Assembly (NCBI GenBank): GCA_040381935.1
Contig: JBEIGJ010000001.1
Span: 32,895 to 96,894, forward strand
Length of the DNA stretch: 64,000 nucleotides
Source: Acidimicrobiaceae bacterium
GTDB lineage: Bacteria; Actinomycetota; Acidimicrobiia; Acidimicrobiales; Ilumatobacteraceae
Reading direction: 5' to 3'
Under the pieces are notes generated by a model. That model was not told the DNA's origin and did no database searches. It worked only from the letters and a program-made list of their open reading frames with translations. Below, in pieces: positions 8,690 to 17,198 of the stretch; within the stretch, counting starts at the first letter, position 1, and every line of letters starts with the position of its first letter. The translations under genes were made by a program, and so were the position numbers.

Positions 8690-10144
8690 ATGACTGGCGA
8701 ACGGATTTCTTCGAGTGCACGTCGAGGTTTCACCACCGATTCTCACTGGTGGCGTCATCGAGCTTCGACGGGTGACACGGTCATCGCCGGTTCACCGTTG
8801 CGGCTCTTTCGATTCGCTCCCGGAGCGCGCCCACTGCTGGCCACCCTTGAGTCTCAACAGTTCGTCGATCTCGAGGATCTACCTCCTGGAAGTGAAGTGG
8901 TTCTCGATCGCTTGATCGAGGCCGATGCCATTCATCCCTTTTTCGCTGCTGATGACCAGCCATCCGTTGTGATTTCCGATCTCACTGTCGTCATACCAAC
9001 CAAAGACACCGACTTATCCACCCTGGTTCGTCTCGTGGATTGTCTTCCTCCGGCACGGCGGATCATCATTGTCGATGACGGATCAGCGATGCCGGTCAGT
9101 GACATCTCCTCGCGGCACGGCGATCGAGTCATTGTCCATCGGATACCAACATCGCGTGGTCCTGCTGCGGCCCGTAACGTCGGAGCTGCCCTCGCTGAAT
9201 CTTCGGTGATTTGCTTCATCGACTCCGATATCGAACTCTCTAGTACAGCTCAACAGAGCACGTTCTGGTTTCCGCTCCTCCATCATTTCGATGATTCACG
9301 CGTCGGACTCATTGCTCCGCGCGTCCAGTCAACGGATGGTTCATCAGTACTCGATCGCTATGAGAAAACTGACTCCCCGCTTGATATGGGTTCACAGCCC
9401 GCTCGTGTTCATCCGCGAGGTCGTCTCTCCTACGTCCCGAGTGCATTGATGCTGATCCGCACCGATGTATTGCGTCGACAGGGTGGTTTCGATGAGACCC
9501 TGCGTTACGGCGAGGACGTGGACTTGGTGTGGCGTTTGATCGATAGCGGCATCGTCTGTCGCTACGAACCGCGGGTGACAGTGCGTCATCGACCTCGGGT
9601 CACGTGGTCTGAACTCGGCCGCCAGCGTTTTCTCTACGGCACATCGGCAGCCCGCTTGGAGGCTCGGCACCCTGGTTATCTTGCACCACTTCGTCTTCAA
9701 TCCTGGACTGCATTGGCATGGTGGACCGGTCTTTGCGGTCTTCCGGCAATAGCCTCAATGATCACTGCTGCATCCGTCGTACGTCTGCACCGTTCAATTG
9801 CACCGGCGGCCCACGATGACTCATGTGGATCCGAGATCATCACGGCGCGCTTATCGATACGCGGCAACCTGCTGGCGGGACAAGCAGTGGCCCAAGCCAT
9901 CAGTCGGACCTGGTGGCCGATTGTTGCCGCCCTCAGTCTCAGATCCTCACGAACCCGTCGGCTCTGGCTGCTTTCGATCCTGGTACCGAATATTTGGCGT
10001 TGGCGACAGCGACAGTCACAACTCGATCCGGCGCGCTACATCGCCGCCAAAGCGTTCGATGACCTCTCCTATGGCGCAGGCGTGTGGTCTGGAGTCATCA
10101 AGACTCGACGCTTCGGTGCCCTGCGACCGCGCCTCATGGAATGA
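8690..10144 (+). CDS. mftF: Mycofactocin system glycosyltransferase MftF-like (GT2 domain plus C-terminal membrane region)
   Basis: N-terminal GSPLRLFRFAPGARPLL box, GT2 core (VVIPTKDT, IIIVDDGS, CFIDSDIEL, GGFDE..RYGEDVDL), then hydrophobic C-terminal segments. The start is set at the first ATG after the mftE stop; the ORF track start at 8528 would overlap mftE by 143 nt. Confidence 0.8.
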   Translation: MTGERISSSARRGFTTDSHWWRHRASTGDTVIAGSPLRLFRFAPGARPLLATLESQQFVDLEDLPPGSEVVLDRLIEADAIHPFFAADDQPSVVISDLTVVIPTKDTDLSTLVRLVDCLPPARRIIIVDDGSAMPVSDISSRHGDRVIVHRIPTSRGPAAARNVGAALAESSVICFIDSDIELSSTAQQSTFWFPLLHHFDDSRVGLIAPRVQSTDGSSVLDRYEKTDSPLDMGSQPARVHPRGRLSYVPSALMLIRTDVLRRQGGFDETLRYGEDVDLVWRLIDSGIVCRYEPRVTVRHRPRVTWSELGRQRFLYGTSAARLEARHPGYLAPLRLQSWTALAWWTGLCGLPAIASMITAASVVRLHRSIAPAAHDDSCGSEIITARLSIRGNLLAGQAVAQAISRTWWPIVAALSLRSSRTRRLWLLSILVPNIWRWRQRQSQLDPARYIAAKAFDDLSYGAGVWSGVIKTRRFGALRPRLME

Positions 10145-10186
10145 CCCACAACGATCCGAACTGATCCGAGACTTACATCAGCCCTC

Positions 10187-10705
10187 TCAATGACCGACGG
10201 TGCTCTGCACTCCTGGTCGACGCGTGATGTCCTGACAGGCTTCACAGACTGATGCCGGGACAACTCCCACTTTCATCAGGGCGGCAAAAATTGTGCACCC
10301 CAGACAAAAACCGACGAAGGCTTCCAAACTCGCTGCCAGCAACAATCCGACCATCAACACGACTGCAACCGATTCAGCCCCCACCCCCCAGGCCAGCAAT
10401 GCTCCCAGTGAAAACAGAGAGCCGATGAATTGAGCAAACCTCTTCGGCGGTCCTGGAACGATACGTTCTGGTCGTCCGAGTCGCGGAGTGATGACCCGAG
10501 TGGCCAACTGACCCAAAGGGCTCAGGGTGGGACCGGATACAACTCGGGCCACGAAGCCGTACGCCAGGGGAAGTAACAGCCACCACTGCCTCCAGGCCAA
10601 AAAGACCAGAACCTGCACCACGACCCCCGTGGCCACGACTCGAGCCGAAATCTCATTGACCGTGGCCGGAAAACCGAAAAGACGATGCGAGGTTTGCTGA
10701 GACAT
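10187..10705 (-). CDS. DUF4395-like membrane protein
   Basis: 172-aa protein with 4 hydrophobic segments and a C-terminal Cys cluster (FCLGCTIF...VCEACQD). The family call is from memory of the DUF4395 layout. Confidence 0.6.
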   Translation of the reverse strand: MSQQTSHRLFGFPATVNEISARVVATGVVVQVLVFLAWRQWWLLLPLAYGFVARVVSGPTLSPLGQLATRVITPRLGRPERIVPGPPKRFAQFIGSLFSLGALLAWGVGAESVAVVLMVGLLLAASLEAFVGFCLGCTIFAALMKVGVVPASVCEACQDITRRPGVQSTVGH

Positions 10706-10789
10706 GGCTTCAGCCTACGGGAGAATTCCCGACCTAACAAGTCGTATTTAGGATCGGCTCTTTTGGGTGATGTCGGTAGCGTCGGGACG

Positions 10790-11770
10790 GTGACCCTGAC
10801 TTTGACCGTCAACGCCGCGGTCTGGAATCGCCACGTCGACTCCACTGCTGCCGACACACCTGGTCTCGTCCCAGTGGTCAAAGGCAACGGTTACGGTTTC
10901 GGCCGTTCTTGGTTGGCCAATCGAGCAGCAACGCTGGCCCCCATCGCCGCCGTGGGTTCGATTTTTGAAGTGGCCGATATTCCCTCGAACTATTCAGCGG
11001 TGGTTCTTAGTCCAGCGCTGAAGTTCCCTTTCCCTCTTCGGGACAACGTGATCCTCACCGTGGGCTCCTTGGCCCATGTCCACGCCGCCCAGCGTGCGCA
11101 TCAGCCACAAATCAGCCGCCAACGCCATGTCATCATCAAGTTGCGCTCCTCGATGTACCGCTACGGCGTGGAACCCACCCAGGCCAAAGAACTGATCGAT
11201 GCCTGTCACCAGGCTGGCTTCAGTGTCGATGGCCTCTCCATTCATCCTCCGATCCATGGTTCGAGTACCGAACATCGACAAGAAATTGAGAACCTCCTCG
11301 CCGCAGCCGAAGCGCACGGTGTCAACTCTTCGCTGCCGGTGTGGGTGAGTCATGTCGATCTCGATGATTACAGACTTCTCCGACAGGAATTTGCTGATCG
11401 ATCCTGGCATCTCCGACTCGGCACATCGCTCTGGCATGGCGACAAGTCGATGTTCACTTTGCAAGCCGATGTTGTCGACGTGGTTGCAGTCAGTGCCGGA
11501 GCGACTGTCGGATACCGCGGAAGTTCAGTTGATCGTGATGGCTACCTGCTCATGATCGGTTGTGGGTCGGCTCATGGTGTGACCCCCCTGTCTGATGGGC
11601 GAAGCCCTTTTCATTTTCGACGTCGACGTCTGGAACTGATCGAGGCCCCGCACATGCACACCTCAATGTGTTTTGTCCCTCATGGCGACCAGTGCCCTCA
11701 AGTCGGCGACCTCATTGACGTTCAGCGTCCACTCACCCAGACCGCAGTGGATGACATCCACTGGGTATGA
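10790..11770 (+). CDS. Alanine racemase-fold (fold type III) PLP-dependent enzyme
   Basis: VPVVKGNGYGFG resembles the racemase PLP-lysine block (V-K-A-N-A-Y-G-H-G). The length fits an N-terminal barrel plus C-terminal beta domain. The start is uncertain: GTG at 10790 was chosen; the ORF track starts at 10685, which would overlap the divergent gene. Confidence 0.65.
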   Translation: MTLTLTVNAAVWNRHVDSTAADTPGLVPVVKGNGYGFGRSWLANRAATLAPIAAVGSIFEVADIPSNYSAVVLSPALKFPFPLRDNVILTVGSLAHVHAAQRAHQPQISRQRHVIIKLRSSMYRYGVEPTQAKELIDACHQAGFSVDGLSIHPPIHGSSTEHRQEIENLLAAAEAHGVNSSLPVWVSHVDLDDYRLLRQEFADRSWHLRLGTSLWHGDKSMFTLQADVVDVVAVSAGATVGYRGSSVDRDGYLLMIGCGSAHGVTPLSDGRSPFHFRRRRLELIEAPHMHTSMCFVPHGDQCPQVGDLIDVQRPLTQTAVDDIHWV

Positions 11771-11841
11771 GCGATGACATCCACTGGGTATGAGAGATGA
11801 CATCTATTGGGTGTGAGAGTTGACATCCACTGGGTATGAGA
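11750..11841. repeat. Four tandem copies of a 23-bp unit (GATGACATCCACTGGGTATGAGN) spanning a gene junction
   Basis: Units at 11750-11772, 11773-11795, 11796-11818 (3 substitutions) and 11819-11841 (1 substitution). Unit 1 encodes the last residues and stop of the upstream gene (DDIHWV*). The ATG of the downstream gene (11843) sits where a fifth unit would begin (GATGAGCAAC). Confidence 0.95.
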
Positions 11842-11842
11842 G

Positions 11843-13024
11843 ATGAGCAACACGACCTTTGATCATCCACCCAGCGGGTTGACATCGCGGGGACGACCAC
11901 GCCACATTGGTCTCGATGTCACGCGCGCCGTGGCCCTGATCGGCGTCGTGGTCATGAACTACCACGGAATGATCAACTTTCGAGGGCCAGCAGTACGGTC
12001 AGACGGACTCATCGAAAGAATTTTCGACATCTCAACGGGAGTTCTATCCACCCGATTTGCGGCCACCTTTGTGGTGGTCGCAGGAATTGCGGTCACGTTC
12101 TTGACCCACCACACCAAGTCAGGCAATCCTCAATTCTCGCTCAACAACGACCGAACGCGTCTTGTTCGCCGCGGACTGATTCTCTTGGCCACCGGCTATT
12201 TCCTGAATGAGGTTTGGCCAGGAACCATCATTTTTTATTACGGGGCATACTTTCTTTGCGCCGCTGTACTCTTTCGCTGGCGTACCAGCCTGCTTTCAGC
12301 AACAGCGGCACTAGTCGCTGCCGGAGGTGTTGGCATCGCGATATGGCGTCGTCTTCGTTTTCAAAATGGCGACTCGACGACATGGATGAATCCATCGGAT
12401 CTCGACTCCCTCGGCAATTTCCTGCTCAGAGTTTTCATTGGGTATACCCATCCCGTCCTTCCGTGGCTTGCCTTTTTCATTCTTGGCATGATTGTCGGCC
12501 GCTGGTGGAACCTCATTGTTGCTCGCTATCGCATTGTCATCGCAGTATCGATGCTGATCGTGGTCGCCTCGTATCTTTTGGCCACCATGGCCCGTCTTTT
12601 TTCCTGGCGTGACCATGCCGTGGTCTACGCAGTGACTTCTCTGCGACCTGACGAACGAGGCTTGCTGTACGTCTCGAGTACTGCCGGGATAGCAATCATC
12701 GCCATTCTCGTCATCAATCAGGTGGCCGAAACATTTCGCCATGTTTCAGTGATCACTCATCTCCAACGAGCCGGACAGATGACCTTGACCTTGTATCTCA
12801 TGCACGTCTTTTATTTCTACCTCGTCGTCGACTGGAGTGGTCTCGTGACCGGCACCGGTCTGACCACGGCTCTTCTCCTTTCGGGAAGCTTTTGGCTGGG
12901 AGCAATTTCGTGGGCCTCATGGTGGCACCATCGGTTGGGTCAGGGACCAGCCGAGCGTCTTTATCGTTGGCTCGGTGGCTGGAACCCCGACCGATCCGGT
13001 TCTGCTCTCACGGCTCGCGATTGA
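11843..13024 (+). CDS. DUF418/DUF1624-type (YeiB-like) integral membrane protein, possible acyltransferase
   Basis: RHIGLDVTRAVALIGVVVMNYHG N-terminal box followed by about 10 hydrophobic segments. The family call is by resemblance only. Confidence 0.6.
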   Translation: MSNTTFDHPPSGLTSRGRPRHIGLDVTRAVALIGVVVMNYHGMINFRGPAVRSDGLIERIFDISTGVLSTRFAATFVVVAGIAVTFLTHHTKSGNPQFSLNNDRTRLVRRGLILLATGYFLNEVWPGTIIFYYGAYFLCAAVLFRWRTSLLSATAALVAAGGVGIAIWRRLRFQNGDSTTWMNPSDLDSLGNFLLRVFIGYTHPVLPWLAFFILGMIVGRWWNLIVARYRIVIAVSMLIVVASYLLATMARLFSWRDHAVVYAVTSLRPDERGLLYVSSTAGIAIIAILVINQVAETFRHVSVITHLQRAGQMTLTLYLMHVFYFYLVVDWSGLVTGTGLTTALLLSGSFWLGAISWASWWHHRLGQGPAERLYRWLGGWNPDRSGSALTARD

Positions 13025-13961
13025 GTCGACGCCACCCCACTGCTGCGGCCCCGATCAATGGACTTTGATCCCCTAAACGAGCGGGAACGATGCGTGCTCC
13101 CCGGGAAAAGGGCAATCGGCAGTGATGATCCAGGGTCAATTGGGCAGCATGAAAAAAAGTCGGTCCGTATCCAAGGGCCACTGATCCGCCCACGACCGCC
13201 AATCGCAAATCGAAGAAATTGCACATACTGGAGACCGCCAATCCCACCATATGACCGGTCCTTTGCATGATGGCATAAGAGGGTTCAGCGGCCGACCGCC
13301 CCGAGATTGCCGCGATTGCCGTTCCCGATGCTTCGGCTTCGAGGCAGCCACGGGCTCCACATCCGCACCGGTTCCCTTGGGGGTTCACAATGACATGGCC
13401 AATATGGCCAGCATTGCCTGATGCCCCATCGAGTAACTGGCCGTCGATGACGATTCCCCCACCTACCCCGGTACTCACCACCATGCCAATGAAGTTGGTT
13501 TCTCCGCGTGCCGCCCCTAACCAACCTTCCGCCAGAGCAAAGGCTTTGGCATCAATGTCTCCGTACACCGGAACCTGGACGATTTCAGCAACTTTGGATC
13601 GCAGAGGAAATCCGTTCCAGGCGGGGATATTGAGAGGGGCAATGGATTCGCAGTCCGCCTCGATAGGGCCGGCCGATCCGATTCCCGTCACCACGATGTG
13701 ACCCCGGTGTCTCCCGCCGGCGCGTTCCTTTTGTCGAATGATCATCTGCCGCAGACCATCGAAGAGATCGGCGGCATTCTTGTCCACATCGGTGCGGATG
13801 ATTTCCCGATCAATCAACTCACCGCGCCGGGTGACCAGTCCGACAGCCAACTTCGTTCCACCGATGTCGATGGCCAGAGCTAATTCGCGCAATTGAGCCG
13901 GGACTACCTCAGCCTCGGTCAACGGCAACGTGAGACGAGTTTCATCGTTTGGCGGCATCAC
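13008..13961 (-). CDS. ROK family sugar kinase
   Basis: ATP-binding N-terminus LAIDIGGTKLAVGLV and ROK zinc motif GHIGH...CGCGARGCLEAEASG. Confidence 0.9.
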   Translation of the reverse strand: MMPPNDETRLTLPLTEAEVVPAQLRELALAIDIGGTKLAVGLVTRRGELIDREIIRTDVDKNAADLFDGLRQMIIRQKERAGGRHRGHIVVTGIGSAGPIEADCESIAPLNIPAWNGFPLRSKVAEIVQVPVYGDIDAKAFALAEGWLGAARGETNFIGMVVSTGVGGGIVIDGQLLDGASGNAGHIGHVIVNPQGNRCGCGARGCLEAEASGTAIAAISGRSAAEPSYAIMQRTGHMVGLAVSSMCNFFDLRLAVVGGSVALGYGPTFFHAAQLTLDHHCRLPFSRGARIVPARLGDQSPLIGAAAVGWRRLNREP

Positions 13962-13983
13962 TTGGGCACTTCATTCGAATCCT

Positions 13984-14958
13984 TCAATCGGCCACCCGAC
14001 GAGCATCTTCAATCAAATTGATCTGATAGAGAACTTCATCGAGAGCATCAGCAGCGCTAATAGTGGAATAACGGGGTGGATTTGCTGGGGTACAACACGC
14101 TGGTACCGGAGCGAGCATCGTCCATGGACGTGGATGGCAAAATTGGACCACGCTGTAGCGCTCTTGATCGAAGCCGGGCGCAGCAATGACTCGATGCCAC
14201 CCAACAGGAAGTACTCCGTTGGTGAGACGCTCGAGCATGATCCCCGTATTGATGATGACTTTTCCCTGAGGTGGCACGGCATCGACCCATGCTCCATCTA
14301 CTTCCACTTGAAGCCCTGGTGCCGTCGCTCGTGGCAGAGCGGTGATGAGATTGATATCGCCGTGCGCACCCGCCCATATGTGACCGCCCTGGGGGGCATC
14401 CTTCATTGATGGATAGCGGATCGCTCGCGTCAGAGTCGGTCCATCACTGACCATGTCATCAAAGAACGTTTCGTGACAGCCGATACCAATGGCGATGATT
14501 CGCAAGAATCGCCGCTGGAGATCGGCGATGGCATCATGGAATTCGTAAAGGACTTTGGAGAGTCCGGGAACTGCGCTGTCCGGAAGAAGCTGGTCGGGAT
14601 AGGAACCGGGAAAGCGACGTCGTAAGGGATGCCCCGACGGAATCGGCGTCGACCAATTCAGCATCTCTTTCCAGTCGGGCTTATCGCTACTGGCAGCGGT
14701 TTCCACCAAGAGCCCGGTATAACCCGTTTGTCCATGGGCACCTGCAGCCACGAATTGTTGTTTGGTCTGCTGATCAAGACCGAAGAACTCAGCCAACATT
14801 CCATAGGCGGTATCAAGCAAATCCTCTGAGAGATCGCTCGAGGTGTAAACGAACCCTGTGGCCAGACTACGACGGACTCCGTCAACCACTGCGGCCCGTG
14901 CCCGTTGATCGCCCTTTTCGAATGCCAGTAGGTCGACGTCCAAAATCGAATCAGCCAT
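13984..14958 (-). CDS. 2-oxoglutarate/Fe(II)-dependent oxygenase (isopenicillin N synthase / ACC oxidase superfamily)
   Basis: DIOX_N-like N-terminus (VDLLAFEKGDQRARAAVVDGVRRSLATGFVY) and an HxD...H facial triad (GAHGDINLITAL ... GWHRV). Confidence 0.85.
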   Translation of the reverse strand: MADSILDVDLLAFEKGDQRARAAVVDGVRRSLATGFVYTSSDLSEDLLDTAYGMLAEFFGLDQQTKQQFVAAGAHGQTGYTGLLVETAASSDKPDWKEMLNWSTPIPSGHPLRRRFPGSYPDQLLPDSAVPGLSKVLYEFHDAIADLQRRFLRIIAIGIGCHETFFDDMVSDGPTLTRAIRYPSMKDAPQGGHIWAGAHGDINLITALPRATAPGLQVEVDGAWVDAVPPQGKVIINTGIMLERLTNGVLPVGWHRVIAAPGFDQERYSVVQFCHPRPWTMLAPVPACCTPANPPRYSTISAADALDEVLYQINLIEDARRVAD

Positions 14959-14988
14959 GACGGGAACGCTAATTGACGATCTCCTCGT

Positions 14989-16089
14989 TCAGACAAGCGC
15001 TTGCTGTAAATCAGACCAGATGTCCTCGACATTTTCGATGCCGACGCTCATTCGAATCAGTCCAGGATCTACCTGAGCGTCACCGGGATACTTCTGGCGA
15101 CGCTCCAAAGTGGTTTCCACCCCGCCGAGACTGGTCGCAGGCACGATGAGTCGCACTCGAGCGCAGACGGCATCGGCCTGAGCGGCGCCACCGCGCATAA
15201 TGAAACTCACCATCGGTCCCACTTGGCGAACCCACGACACCTCTTGGTGACTAGTCAACCGATCACGTAACTGGCGGGCGTTGTCCGATGCAGTCCGATA
15301 GCGCAAGGGCAAAGTACGCAGACCGCGCAATGCGAGAAAGGACTCCAATGCTCCTGGCGTCGACCCGATCAGAGTGCGCGCCTGGCGCAGTTCAGCCAGG
15401 ATCTTGGGGTCCTGCGTTACGGCTAGGCCGATCAGCAGATCACTGTGACCTCCGATGAATTTCGTACCCGCATGCATGACAACCGTGGCCCCATGAATCA
15501 GTGGCTGCTGAGTGACGGGCGTAGCAAAAGTGGAGTCCACCACCGTTGTCACTCCCATATCACTCGCGAGGGAACACAGACTCGCCACATCAGCTTGTTC
15601 GAGAGTGGGATTGGCTGGGGATTCCAGCCATAAGACAATGGACCGATCACTACCGGAGGCTCCGGCGGCAAGCAGCGACTGACGCACATCGTCCACGTCC
15701 AATGCATTGAGGTATCGCACGTCGATGGTGCCGCGCTCTTGCAAGGCCTCGAGTAGGGCGCGCACTCCGAGATAACTCACCGCAGGAATCAACAAGACGC
15801 GCGGTCGCAGAGCGTGGACAATGGCCGAGGCCGCGGCCATCCCACTAGCAAAGGACACACAGTCACCACCCTCCATTGCTCCAATTGCCGTTTCTAAGGC
15901 TTCCCAACTGCGGTTTCCATGGGTGCGGTTGTATTCGGGTCCGTTGCGGAAATTCGAAGCGAGGACAATTGGCTCGTTGAGCGGATCGCCGTCTTTGCTC
16001 GGCCGACCAGCAGTGACAGCAATCGTCTCCATTGCCAGGACTCGAGGTTGATCGGGGCCCCCATTGGATCGTCCTTGTTCACTGGTCAT
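14989..16089 (-). CDS. Cys/Met-metabolism PLP-dependent enzyme (cystathionine gamma-synthase/lyase family)
   Basis: PLP-lysine block HAGTKFIGGHSDLL and C-terminal LGGVETTLERR...IRMSVGIE, typical of the trans-sulfuration family. Confidence 0.88.
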   Translation of the reverse strand: MTSEQGRSNGGPDQPRVLAMETIAVTAGRPSKDGDPLNEPIVLASNFRNGPEYNRTHGNRSWEALETAIGAMEGGDCVSFASGMAAASAIVHALRPRVLLIPAVSYLGVRALLEALQERGTIDVRYLNALDVDDVRQSLLAAGASGSDRSIVLWLESPANPTLEQADVASLCSLASDMGVTTVVDSTFATPVTQQPLIHGATVVMHAGTKFIGGHSDLLIGLAVTQDPKILAELRQARTLIGSTPGALESFLALRGLRTLPLRYRTASDNARQLRDRLTSHQEVSWVRQVGPMVSFIMRGGAAQADAVCARVRLIVPATSLGGVETTLERRQKYPGDAQVDPGLIRMSVGIENVEDIWSDLQQALV

Positions 16090-17092
16090 GTTGAACGAAA
16101 ACCTCCGGATATCCGCCGGTGTGAATGAAGATCACAGCGTCGCCAGTCGACCAGCGACCCGATTGCGCCAATCCGAGAAGACCGGAAAATCCTTTCGCGG
16201 TGTAAACATCATCGAGGATCAGCGCACCATGACGTGCAGCCCAGGTGCGTGCCGCCTGCGACTCGGGAGTGGGGATCGCATAGTCCGAGCCCAACCACTG
16301 TGATTCGACTGTGACATCCTCATCTCGCACTTCACCTTCGAGATGCGCAAGTTTCAACGTTTCCATCGCCAGTGCAGCGACATCGGGCATTCCAGCCACC
16401 ACCCCTTTGGCCACTCCGATAGCTACCACTTCGGGGAGCTGCTGATCGGGAAAACGATGACGACGCCACGCGCGTCCTGCTACGAGACCGGCATGAGTTC
16501 CACCACTCGACGACGTGACCACAACCGCCCGGGGAACAATTCTCAAACTCTCACACTGATCCATCAATTCCTCGAAGGCGACCACGTAACCGAGTGCACC
16601 AACTGCAGTCGAGCCGCCAATGGGAATGGAATAGGGACTCAGTCCTTGTGACGCAAGTTCAGTAGTCAAGTCCTCACGGGCGATTTCCAAAAAACCCCAT
16701 TGGGAAGGTTCGGCACCGGTGAAGTGTTGATGCGCTCCAAGACGGTCAGAGAGTAATTGATTGCCTTGATACTGAGCCGGCCGCTCACCGGACAAGATGA
16801 GATGAGTTTCCATCCCCAAGAGCGCCCCGGCTGCGGCAGTCATTCGACAATGGTTGGACTGCCCAGCCCCCACGGTGATCAAACAATCAGCACCTGCCCG
16901 CAGGGCCGCACCACACAAGAACTCGAGTTTGCGCACTTTGTTGCCGCCGAGAGCTAGACCCGTCAGATCATCGCGCTTCAGCCATAACGCGGTTCCGTTG
17001 GGCAAGGTTGGACCAAGTTCCAACGCCGTTGGTAACGATGCCAACCGCACCCGAGGTTGGCCGAACCAGTTCGAAACGGTCACCGTGCTCAC
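16079..17092 (-). CDS. PLP-dependent ACC deaminase / D-cysteine desulfhydrase family enzyme (fold type II)
   Basis: WLKRDDLTGLALGGNKVRKLEFL (PLP lysine block) and SSGGTHAGL. The stop overlaps the next gene by 11 nt. The start is uncertain: GTG at 17092 was chosen because the 17209 start of the long ORF would overlap ung. Confidence 0.85.
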   Translation of the reverse strand: MSTVTVSNWFGQPRVRLASLPTALELGPTLPNGTALWLKRDDLTGLALGGNKVRKLEFLCGAALRAGADCLITVGAGQSNHCRMTAAAGALLGMETHLILSGERPAQYQGNQLLSDRLGAHQHFTGAEPSQWGFLEIAREDLTTELASQGLSPYSIPIGGSTAVGALGYVVAFEELMDQCESLRIVPRAVVVTSSSGGTHAGLVAGRAWRRHRFPDQQLPEVVAIGVAKGVVAGMPDVAALAMETLKLAHLEGEVRDEDVTVESQWLGSDYAIPTPESQAARTWAARHGALILDDVYTAKGFSGLLGLAQSGRWSTGDAVIFIHTGGYPEVFVQHDQ

Positions 17093-17198
17093 GTCAGGGA
17101 GGTTATTGGTCTGGCACCTACTTCGCCGATAGAGACGACGAGTCGCTCCGATTTCTTCGTTTTCGGGCTCCCTGACCACTTTCGGCCACAATACGAGT

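Noticed and set aside
11750-11841. The tandem 23-bp repeat array considered as a miniature CRISPR array.
   Set aside because: The units are directly adjacent with no spacers, there are no cas genes, and copy 1 is coding sequence. It is a simple tandem repeat.
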